From: Acaryochloris thomasi RCC1774
GTDB lineage: Bacteria; Cyanobacteriota; Cyanobacteriia; Thermosynechococcales; Thermosynechococcaceae
DNA length: 32,000 nucleotides
Assembly (NCBI RefSeq): GCF_003231495.1
Contig: NZ_PQWO01000029.1
Span: 1 to 32,000, forward strand
Reading direction: 5' to 3'
The notes beneath the pieces were generated by a model. The model was not told where the DNA came from. It ran no database searches and saw only the letters and a program-made list of their open reading frames with translations. How positions within the stretch are numbered: the stretch's first letter is position 1; each line of letters starts with the position of its first letter. The translations under genes were made by a program, and so were the position numbers. Positions 8,882-16,523 of this stretch are shown piece by piece.

Positions 8882-10504
8882 ATGTCTGAAATACCGCTGG
8901 TTCAAACGCTGCAGACGGCTGTAGGTCTATTAGAAGGAAATGAAGAGCTGCGACAGCAGGTTTTGACGGGATGCGATCGCATCTCTAATCCCAGCACTCG
9001 CATCGCTGTCTTCGGTCCCTTCAACTTCGGTAAATCAACCCTCCTCAATGCTTTGTTGGGGGACCGACTGCTGCCGATGGATCTGATTCCAGCAACAGGT
9101 GCAGCGATTACCGTTAAAGCAGGCCCCGAACTGCGTACGCAAATTAATCTCACGGATGGCCGTCAAATCTCTGAAAGTGGCACAGCAATTCTAGAGGAAT
9201 ACGCCACTCTCGATGATCAACGCCAGATGCGAGGTGATGTGGACTCTATTGAGGTACAGTCAACGGCCCCGTTACTGACTCAGGGCGTCGAGTTTATTGA
9301 TCTACCGGGTACGAATGATCAGGAAGCACAGGATGAGATCGTTCGGGAGCAACTGCTACAGGCCGATCTAGTGATCCAGGTCGTCGATGGTCGCCAACTG
9401 ATGACGCTTTTAGAGCGGGAACAGCTTAGAGATTGGCTGCTAGATCAGGGAATCTCCACCGTGATTTTTGTGGTCAACTTTTTGAATCTGGTGGAACCAG
9501 ACGACCAAAAACAGGTGATGACTCGGCTGCGATTTATTGCCGAGAGCTTTCGGAGCCATCTGCCCCCCGGCATTAGCAATCTCTATCGCGTCGATGCCTT
9601 ACCCGCCCTCCGGTCTAGACTCCAGGGAGATGGTGCAGCCCTCACAAATTCAGGGTTACCGATGCTAGAGGCAGCCCTCCAGAGCTTTATTGCCACACCT
9701 CAGCAGGATTTAATACGGCTGCGAATGCCGCGATTGCAAAAGCTTTCTGAGCAGGTCACTGTAGCACTCCAGAAACAAGTTTCTGTACTCCAAGTCAAGC
9801 AGGAAGAAGTGCAACAGCGGGCGGAGAAACGTTCCCAGATTAAGCAGAAGGCCCAAAGGCTTCTACAGCAGGACTTCCGAGCACAAACTCAAGCGCTACA
9901 AACTTGGTTAGAACTGCAAAATTTACTCAATCAATATCAAGGCAGCGCTACGTTAGCACTTCAGGAGAACAAATTTGAGGATTGGGTTACTCAAACGTTC
10001 CGCCCTGCATGGATGCATCACCAAAAAGCGGTGGTTAGCCCGGTTCATAAAGCCTGTGAGTTTTTTGAGCAGCCCCGTCCTGCTGACCTGTGGGTGGCTT
10101 TTCCACCTGCGCCCAGTGTGAAATCGGCTCAGACGGCTGCTCCTTCATCCTCGACATCTGGGAAAGACGTGACCCCAGTTGCGATCGCAACTGGGGTCGG
10201 CCTCCTGCTCAGCGGTCCCGTCGGCGCAGCAGTCCTTGGGGGAGCTAGCTATCTTTTGAATAAGAAAGAGAGTTCGGGCGATACTCAACCTCCAGCTTCA
10301 AAGACAGGACAGGAGGAAGAACAGATCAGAAACTATCTGACACAATTTAGCCAAGTCGCCTTTGCAGCTCTGCAGCAGTACCAGAGTGCCGCTCAATCTA
10401 TTCTCCAGTCAGCAATTCTAGACAAACAACATATCAACCAATCGCAAAACCACCAACTACGGCTTCTACGATCAACTCTAGAGCAATTGCAGCAGTCCTG
10501 TTAA
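8882..10504 (+). CDS. dynamin-family GTPase, second BDLP paralog
   Basis: 540-aa ORF starting 5 nt after the upstream stop. G1 is VFGPFNFGKSTLLNALLG and G3 is IDLPGTND. It has a long helical region and a C-proximal hydrophobic segment (VTPVAIATGVGLLLSGPVGAAVLGGASYLL). Confidence 0.85.
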   Translation: MSEIPLVQTLQTAVGLLEGNEELRQQVLTGCDRISNPSTRIAVFGPFNFGKSTLLNALLGDRLLPMDLIPATGAAITVKAGPELRTQINLTDGRQISESGTAILEEYATLDDQRQMRGDVDSIEVQSTAPLLTQGVEFIDLPGTNDQEAQDEIVREQLLQADLVIQVVDGRQLMTLLEREQLRDWLLDQGISTVIFVVNFLNLVEPDDQKQVMTRLRFIAESFRSHLPPGISNLYRVDALPALRSRLQGDGAALTNSGLPMLEAALQSFIATPQQDLIRLRMPRLQKLSEQVTVALQKQVSVLQVKQEEVQQRAEKRSQIKQKAQRLLQQDFRAQTQALQTWLELQNLLNQYQGSATLALQENKFEDWVTQTFRPAWMHHQKAVVSPVHKACEFFEQPRPADLWVAFPPAPSVKSAQTAAPSSSTSGKDVTPVAIATGVGLLLSGPVGAAVLGGASYLLNKKESSGDTQPPASKTGQEEEQIRNYLTQFSQVAFAALQQYQSAAQSILQSAILDKQHINQSQNHQLRLLRSTLEQLQQSC

Positions 10505-10689
10505 CGGATTACGATGAGCGGCGTGCAGCCATGAAAAAGAGCCAAATTCGCAGGGTAACTCAGACGTCCCCTCCATCGCTTGGTTAGACTTGAAGCCAAA
10601 GTGTGAAATACCTGTAAGCTAGATGGTAAGAAGGAAAGATTAATGAATTCGATTCTAGGAATAGCATTTATGTATTGAGTTATGCCGAT

Positions 10690-11214
10690 CTACTTATTTT
10701 TTCCTTTCCTATCGGGCTTAATTTTTATTTTTAATCCCAGACTGATTTCAAATTCATCGATGACATAGTCATTTTTTATCATAGCTGTTATACCAAACAG
10801 TCCTAAACCACCAACAGCGCCCCCACCAACAATACCAGCCGCCGAGACTCCGCCACCTGTTGTAGCCGCTGTTCCCGTTGTTGCCGCAGCAGATGCAATC
10901 GTTGCATCTGCTGAAAGCTTAGTGATTATTACACTTGTTGCTGTGGAACTTGAACCTACTGCGCCCCCTCCAAAGAAACCAGATAGAATTCCAACAATTC
11001 CAGCCATGCCTCCTGTCAGCACTAAAGCTGTTGCTGCCGCCACGGAAAAACCTGCGACAACAAGGAGGTTTACTAGAACCTTTTTTGTAAGACGCTTAGC
11101 AGTCATGATCGTATTGACTCGCTTGGCAAGTTCGGGCTCCTTTATCAAAATGGAAGGCTCTTTTCTTTTGAGAGCACTTTGAAGTTCTTTCTTAGATGTA
11201 ACAACGACTGTCAT
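10690..11214 (-). CDS. hypothetical Gly/Ala-rich (glycine-zipper-like) membrane protein
   Basis: 174-aa ORF. A ~45-aa charged N-terminal region is followed by hydrophobic Gly-rich stretches (LTGGMAGIVGILSGFFGGGAVG, GGGVSAAGIVGGGAVGGLGLFGI) and a Lys-rich tail. The antisense ORF 10922..11182 is judged a shadow. Confidence 0.55.
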   Translation of the reverse strand: MTVVVTSKKELQSALKRKEPSILIKEPELAKRVNTIMTAKRLTKKVLVNLLVVAGFSVAAATALVLTGGMAGIVGILSGFFGGGAVGSSSTATSVIITKLSADATIASAAATTGTAATTGGGVSAAGIVGGGAVGGLGLFGITAMIKNDYVIDEFEISLGLKIKIKPDRKGKNK

Positions 11215-11453
11215 ATTCAGAAACCCCTACCCCGTAAATTGCGTAACACCTACTTTCACGAATTGTAAATCTTCAAAAAATTTAGAGCAATTATTATTCC
11301 ACCAAAGCCAGTGCTAACAGTTGCACTCACCGGTCGGCAAAACATCCCACAAAATTAAGCATAGGAGATGGATCTGCCGATCCGGTGAAGTATAGGGTTA
11401 GACAGGTAGAGTGACACCCTCTTCATAAATGAGAAACAAAAGGAATCCCGAGA

Positions 11454-11939
11454 TTAGTTACGGTTTCTACACCAGCCCCCACAGTCATCAGACCAATGCC
11501 CCTTCTCTGTGAACTCAGGACGGTCACCAATACCTCTTAATCGAAATTGCCCTCTCCCATCAGACACAATTTTCGCCGCTGAGAAACACTTTCCGTTTGC
11601 ACTTGGAGATGGGATCACACTATAGTTGCTTTTCCCAGAGGATCGGCTCCTGTCATACAAGCCAATTAATAACCGTCTGTTGAACTGTTCACCGGGGGAT
11701 AAGGAAGTCGGAAATCGGTGACTATCGCCCTTACCAATAACAATTTCATCCCAGCTACCCCCATGAAACCCCCACTGGACAATCACTGGATAATCTGAAT
11801 CATTCCTAATACAGGCTTCATAACTTGCAGCGCTCGCATTTCTAGAAATGCTAAAAGTAGGTACAAAAACTACTGCAAGAACTAGGCTAAGTTTTTTAAG
11901 AGATTTAGCAGAGAACAAAGCAGTAAAGTACTCAATCAT
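11454..11939 (-). CDS. hypothetical secreted Cys-containing protein
   Basis: 161-aa ORF. A signal-peptide-like N-terminus (LKKLSLVLAVVFVPTFSISRNASA-AS) is followed by a mature part with 4 Cys, including a C-terminal CGGWC. No family recognised. Confidence 0.5.
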   Translation of the reverse strand: MIEYFTALFSAKSLKKLSLVLAVVFVPTFSISRNASAASYEACIRNDSDYPVIVQWGFHGGSWDEIVIGKGDSHRFPTSLSPGEQFNRRLLIGLYDRSRSSGKSNYSVIPSPSANGKCFSAAKIVSDGRGQFRLRGIGDRPEFTEKGHWSDDCGGWCRNRN

Positions 11940-12262
11940 GATTAAAACCCTCTACAACTGTGAATGAGACTGAGGCACAAAAAATTCCAAACAACTTGGG
12001 ACTCTTTGAAGTAAATGACCCTCCCACATTTCCAGGAAAATCAATCTTCCCGCGACATACAAGGAGCCATGTGAAAGAGGTCCAACTATATTTAGAAGGC
12101 AAATTCCCCACCAAGAGAAAATGATTAGCAGACAATAGAACGTCTAAAGTCCTTAAGTAGGCATAATATAACACTCTCTACCTTGAGTTTATATCAAAAA
12201 TATATTCCGATATAAAAATCCTATTCAGAGAAAAAATACAGATTGTCTTTATCAAAATTTTG

Positions 12263-12296
12263 TAGATATATAGGAAGAAAACTTCCTATATATCTA
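12263..12296. promoter_or_regulatory. perfect 15-bp inverted repeat with 4-nt spacer (operator or hairpin)
   Basis: TAGATATATAGGAAG aaaa CTTCCTATATATCTA, read directly from the sequence. It sits in the AT-rich intergenic region about 235 bp upstream of gltA. Confidence 0.5.
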
Positions 12297-12531
12297 GCGA
12301 TTCAGGGTTTTATCGGGCACACGTAATGGAATCAGATTAGCGAAGGGTGCCAAGTACTCTTTTAACTCTGGGAAAATCAAAAAAAGCATATCTCCGTCAG
12401 CAACTAGCGAGTCTCTTAACAGAATAGTTTGTCCCTGAACACAGAAAACTCTAGAACAGGGCTATGATTGAGGCATTCACGGGAGTCTATGCAGCAGCCC
12501 ACCGTGATCCATGCTCTAGCGAAACAAGATT

Positions 12532-13674
12532 ATGGCAGTTTGCGACTATTCTCCTGGCCTAGAAAACGTGCCAGCAGCTCGATCGAGCATCTGCTTTATC
12601 GACGGCAAAACCGGACAGCTCGAATATCGCGGCATTCCGATCACTGAGCTGGCCCAGAAGAGCAGCTTTCTAGAAACGGCCTACTTATTGATTTGGGGCA
12701 ACCTGCCCAGCCAAAAAGACTTCGACACCTTTAAGCAAGAGATTATTCATCACCGCCGCACAAAATATCGCATTCGAGATGCGATGGAGTGCTTCCCGGC
12801 CAGCGGACACCCAATGGATGCACTCCAGGCTTCCGTAGCAGCTCTGGGCCTATTTTATTCGCAGCGGAAGCTCGACGACCCAGCCTACATGCGGGAGTCG
12901 ATTGTGCGCCTGCTAGCAAAGCTACCGACGATGGTGGCAGCCTTCCGGCATTTGCGTAAAGGTAACGACCCAATCAAGCCTCGTGATGACCTCGACCACA
13001 CCGCTAACTTTCTCTACATGCTCAACGAGCAGGAACCTCATCCACTGCAGGCCCAAGTCTTCGATACCTGTCTGCTGCTCCATGCCGAACATTCACTAAA
13101 CGCTTCCACCTTCTCAGCAAGAGTCACTGGCTCGACACTCACAGATCCCTACGCGATCGTGGCATCGGCAGTGGGAACACTGGGGGGGCCACTCCACGGA
13201 GGCGCGAATGAAACCGTGATTCCAATGCTCAATGAAATTGGCACTGTGGAAAATGTACGCCCCTACCTCGATCAAAAGCTGGCTCAAGGTGAGAAAATTA
13301 TGGGGTTCGGCCACCGGATTTATCGCGTCAAAGACCCTCGGGCTAAGATCTTGCAGGGGTTAGCGGAACAGCTATCAGAGACCTTTGGTTGCGATCGCTA
13401 CTATGGCATCGCCCAAGAACTCGAAAAAGCTGTCGAAGAGCGTCTTGGAGACCGCAAGATCTACGCCAACATCGAGTTTTACTCTGGCTTAATTTACCGA
13501 CAGCTCGGCATTCCGTCAGATTTGTTTACGCCCATTTTTGCGACAGCCCGGACCGTCGGCTGGCTAGCCCACTGGAAAGAACAGCTCGAAGCCAATCGTA
13601 TTTACCGCCCCACCCAAATTTACGCAGGCCAACATGATCAAGGATATATTCCTGTCGTCGAGAGAGCGGGATAA
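12532..13674 (+). CDS. gltA: citrate synthase
   Basis: 380-aa ORF. It carries the catalytic-region motifs LLLHAEHSLNAST and MGFGHRIYRVKDPRA, followed by ANIEFYSG. Confidence 0.92.
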   Translation: MAVCDYSPGLENVPAARSSICFIDGKTGQLEYRGIPITELAQKSSFLETAYLLIWGNLPSQKDFDTFKQEIIHHRRTKYRIRDAMECFPASGHPMDALQASVAALGLFYSQRKLDDPAYMRESIVRLLAKLPTMVAAFRHLRKGNDPIKPRDDLDHTANFLYMLNEQEPHPLQAQVFDTCLLLHAEHSLNASTFSARVTGSTLTDPYAIVASAVGTLGGPLHGGANETVIPMLNEIGTVENVRPYLDQKLAQGEKIMGFGHRIYRVKDPRAKILQGLAEQLSETFGCDRYYGIAQELEKAVEERLGDRKIYANIEFYSGLIYRQLGIPSDLFTPIFATARTVGWLAHWKEQLEANRIYRPTQIYAGQHDQGYIPVVERAG

Positions 13675-13753
13675 AGTTCTGATTGCCTGTCTTAAGAGGG
13701 ATGACGAGATAGCTCACCAAGCCTAGGCTAAAACAGTAGAACTCAACTGCTTC

Positions 13754-14317
13754 ATGGAACGCTCTCAATTTACGGATATTTCTAGCTTCACAGTTCAGGG
13801 ACGTTTATTGCGCCTGTATGGAAAGCAGAAGAAAAAGCCCAAAGCTCTGCGAGTCGAGACAAAACAGGGAAAGTACTATATCCATCTTTCTAAAAAACTG
13901 CGCAAGCAAGGCTGCTCTGGCTTGAAGAAAGGAGAGTGGGTTTGGATCACAGGTTCCCTAGAACCGAAGGGAGGCCGGTGTATCTTGAAGGCAACAGAGC
14001 TTCGCGTTATTGCGCCGGAGATCGCCCCCTCCCACTCCACCAACGGCGCGCCTGAAAACTCTAGTTCGCCTTCAACTCAGTCCGGTAAGGTTTTGATTTG
14101 CTTGAAGTCGAGCTGTGTGAAGCGTGGCGCAAAGGGAGTTGAGAAAGCGGTTGAGACAGTAATTTGCGATCGCAACCTCACCGAAGACATCACAATCAAG
14201 CCCACCGGCTGCATGGGGCACTGCAAAAAAGGTCCGAATGTTGTCGTTATGCCCGGAAAGCAGCGCTACCAGAAGGTCAAACCCAGTGATGCTCCTAGAC
14301 TGATTTCTCAGGCTTAG
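13754..14317 (+). CDS. thioredoxin-like [2Fe-2S] ferredoxin domain protein with basic N-terminal domain
   Basis: 187-aa ORF. The C-terminal half (VLICLKSSCVKRGA...TGCMGHCKKGPNVVV) shows the Cys pattern of thioredoxin-like 2Fe-2S ferredoxins. Confidence 0.7.
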   Translation: MERSQFTDISSFTVQGRLLRLYGKQKKKPKALRVETKQGKYYIHLSKKLRKQGCSGLKKGEWVWITGSLEPKGGRCILKATELRVIAPEIAPSHSTNGAPENSSSPSTQSGKVLICLKSSCVKRGAKGVEKAVETVICDRNLTEDITIKPTGCMGHCKKGPNVVVMPGKQRYQKVKPSDAPRLISQA

Positions 14318-14759
14318 AACTTAAAGATTTGGTTTTCAGCCAGTGATCTACAGACACTGTGTTGAAGCTGCTGCAGGCCAGCAGAATAAACAGGATCAAA
14401 CCATAGACCAACTGACTGCCCGCAGCATCCCAATTCTGTACAGATGTGACCCCGAGCATCAAAATCACCATCAAGGCTGAAGTCACCGTTAGCGCCGTGC
14501 GAGTTCGCCAGCCCACAATCATCAGCACTCCCACAATTAGCTCAATGATCGGGACCAAAAAGGCATTGATACGCACCAAGGGTTCCGGAAAATAGGACGC
14601 TTCCATGGCCTGCACCATACTGTCTACAAAACCAGGAATGTTGCCAATCCGGGTAAGGCCGTGGTTGAGGAAGTTGACGCCCATTAAAAGACGAAGCAGG
14701 AAGTATGCGATCGCAATATCCTTTGAATTCAAACGCAGGTCAGTTCTGTAATCATTCAT
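14295..14759 (-). CDS. DoxX-family membrane protein
   Basis: 154-aa ORF with four hydrophobic helices. FLLRLLMGVNFLNHGLTRI matches the DoxX N-terminal pattern. Its 3' end overlaps the convergent ferredoxin gene by 23 nt. Confidence 0.65.
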   Translation of the reverse strand: MNDYRTDLRLNSKDIAIAYFLLRLLMGVNFLNHGLTRIGNIPGFVDSMVQAMEASYFPEPLVRINAFLVPIIELIVGVLMIVGWRTRTALTVTSALMVILMLGVTSVQNWDAAGSQLVYGLILFILLACSSFNTVSVDHWLKTKSLSSKPEKSV

Positions 14760-14920
14760 TGTTCTATCTCAGTGGGTGCGTGCAACGCTAGTCATCACTT
14801 AAACAGCGTAGCCAAAACTTATGAGAGCATTATTCACGCAGAAATTACAGCGCCTCCATAGTTGGAAACATTATATTTACGATTCTGTTGCAACCTCGGT
14901 TACTTGCGCTGGTAGATTAA

Positions 14921-15073
14921 GAGCTTTCTCATTCCTTCTGTAGCGCAAGACGAACAATACGAGGATATGAGACGATCAATGCCATTGGCAAGGGTCAGAT
15001 TGTTGGTATCGAGAAAGGAGATATCCGCTCTCAAAATCACTTCATCTCTGAGATCTTTGGGGTAGCCGTATAA
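14921..15073 (+). pseudogene. IS6-family DDE transposase, C-terminal ~50-codon fragment
   Basis: My translation is ELSHSFCSARRTIRGYETINAIGKGQIVGIEKGDIRSQNHFISEIFGVAV*. It resembles the conserved IS6/IS26-type transposase C-terminus (F.SA.RT..G.E....I.KGQ). An in-frame stop lies immediately upstream at 14918-14920. Confidence 0.55.
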
Positions 15074-15106
15074 AAAGACATGAGAACTCTAGCGTTCTCA
15101 TGTCTT
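15070..15106 (-). terminator. rho-independent terminator candidate downstream of the 15200..15664 gene
   Basis: A perfect 13-bp stem pairs AAGACATGAGAAC (15075-15087) with GTTCTCATGTCTT (15094-15106) around a 6-nt loop. Read on the minus strand, the stem is followed by TTTTTA. Confidence 0.6.
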
Positions 15107-15199
15107 CTCGAATTTTTGCAACACAACCCTTTCGCAGACATGGGTTGGTTATTTCAATGTCCCAATCAATACGTGTACCACTGGCTCACTAGATAACTG

Positions 15200-15664
15200 T
15201 TACCGCTTAGGAGTCGTTCTGACAATTGCTGTCCCGAGAGGAAATTCATCGTTGCTAAGACTGGGGTAGTTAGCAAATACACGATAGGGTACGGAGACAC
15301 CTTGAACAATTCGACCTTGAACGCGAGAATTTAGCATCACCACCCGAACAGTCTGACCGGCGGGGATTGGTTCTGCAAAAGTAAGAGCAAACTCTTCAAA
15401 ACCAAAGTCCTCTTTAGGTTCAACTTGCACACCATCAACAAACACGGCCAAACTGTCAAGTTCATGGAACGTAACGCATTGGACACGAAGACGCTTCAGC
15501 GGTTCTTCCTGAACAGCAACCTCAAAAAAGTGATCTTCGCCGTTACGCAGCACACCCGCTTCAGAAACTACCGATGTGGCAGCAGCCTGTGCTTCGAAGG
15601 TAATTGCGTTCAAGCCGGTTACCATTGCAACCGCAACTAAGCCATTTAATAGTAGCTTCTTCAT
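15200..15664 (-). CDS. hypothetical secreted protein (possibly cyanobacterial DUF2808 family)
   Basis: 154-aa ORF with the signal peptide MKKLLLNGLVAVAMVTGLNAITFEAQA. The beta-rich mature part contains FAEPIPAGQTVRVVM, which resembles the DUF2808 pattern as I recall it. The family name is tentative. Confidence 0.6.
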   Translation of the reverse strand: MKKLLLNGLVAVAMVTGLNAITFEAQAAATSVVSEAGVLRNGEDHFFEVAVQEEPLKRLRVQCVTFHELDSLAVFVDGVQVEPKEDFGFEEFALTFAEPIPAGQTVRVVMLNSRVQGRIVQGVSVPYRVFANYPSLSNDEFPLGTAIVRTTPKR

Positions 15665-16162
15665 TATTACTACACCCTCAATAGATTTTTACATGAAATT
15701 TCTAAGATGCTGGCACCTCAGAAACTAGGGACTAAGGCAGGCTTAGGGAACATTTTAGAAACCCATTTAAGCATATGCTGAAAGCCTGATTTAGATTCGG
15801 CTTCCTGAGCTATATCTACATACTTTCTCTTGCTCCAACGATCCATTTTCCTCAGGAGAATGACGCTACTAGCAAAATCGGAAACTTAAGGAAAAGGAAT
15901 CTATTTACCCCCTCAAAGACTTCCCTAATTTCCTTGCAGTAGTGCTCAATAAGTAATTCATCAAAATTAGCCTTACTTTTATCGGCCATAATGAGTAGAA
16001 GATGAGTATTGACCTACATCGATATGAATTATGGTTGGGATCTGCTGCAAAATCACACCAACATCAGGATTTTGTCTTTTTTTGGCGATACTGGGATGAA
16101 GAGCCTACTAAGTAGTGAGGCAGAATCAAGTTAAAGATCAGATATTAGCAAATGCTCTACAT

Positions 16163-16279
16163 GGCCCTCACCCCCAGCCCCTCTCCCAACATTGGGAGAG
16201 GGGAAAAAGATCCCCTCGCTATCTGCCTTTCTCCCCCTTCGCCCAGTATTGGGAGAGGGGGGCTGGGGGGGTGAGGGCC
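16163..16279. repeat. GC-rich nested palindromic mini-element (MITE-like cyanobacterial repeat)
   Basis: The outer arms are GGCCCTCACCCCCAGCCCCTCTCCC and GGGAGAGGGGGGCTGGGGGGGTGAGGGCC. An internal perfect 11-bp hairpin is CCCCTCTCCCA acat TGGGAGAGGGG (16178-16203), and ATTGGGAGAGGGG occurs twice. ORF 16115..16324 (PLSQHWERG...) is just its translation. Confidence 0.7.
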
Positions 16280-16523
16280 AATGCAACGATATTGAATCTA
16301 ATCAGGAATCTTCAAGTCAATTAAGCCTATCTACTTAGCAAGGCAGAGCTACACGTTCAACCGGTCAATATCAAACGCTTACTCAACGGGTCTAAACCCA
16401 GGGTTGTATTGCAACAATTGTGAGAGTAGGAGAAGCCCAATAAAAGCGATCGCAACTCTCAAACCAGAGATCATCGAACCCCGCATCATTTAAAATAAGG
16501 ACTCACACAACAGGAACCCCACA

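Larger units (their letters stand above)
14881..15128 (+). mobile_element. decayed IS6-family insertion sequence (internally deleted, both terminal IRs retained)
   Basis: The left end GATTCTGTTGCAAC (14881-14894) and the reverse complement of the right end, GGTTGTGTTGCAAA (15115-15128), both resemble the recalled IS26 IR GGCACTGTTGCAAA. They share the core TGTTGCAA. A transposase C-terminal fragment lies between them. Confidence 0.55.

Noticed and set aside
11932-12174. 80-aa minus-strand ORF overlapping the start of the secreted-protein gene by 8 nt (ATGATTGA)
   Set aside because: The overlap geometry could suggest coupling, but the peptide has no recognisable features and the region is AT-rich. 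Evidence is insufficient to call a gene.
15700-16110. Small minus-strand ORFs (e.g. MADKSKANFDELLIEHYCKEIREVFEG..., 46 aa from ATG 15990, and a 45-aa MDRWSKRKYVDIAQEAESKSGF... in another frame) and a 37-aa plus-strand ORF
   Set aside because: These may be fragments of a degraded gene split by a frameshift. I cannot assign a family, and all fall below any reasonable confidence threshold.
16115-16324. 69-aa ORF (…PHPQPLSQHWERGKRSPR…)
   Set aside because: It is simply the translation of the GC-rich palindromic repeat at 16163-16279, not a gene.
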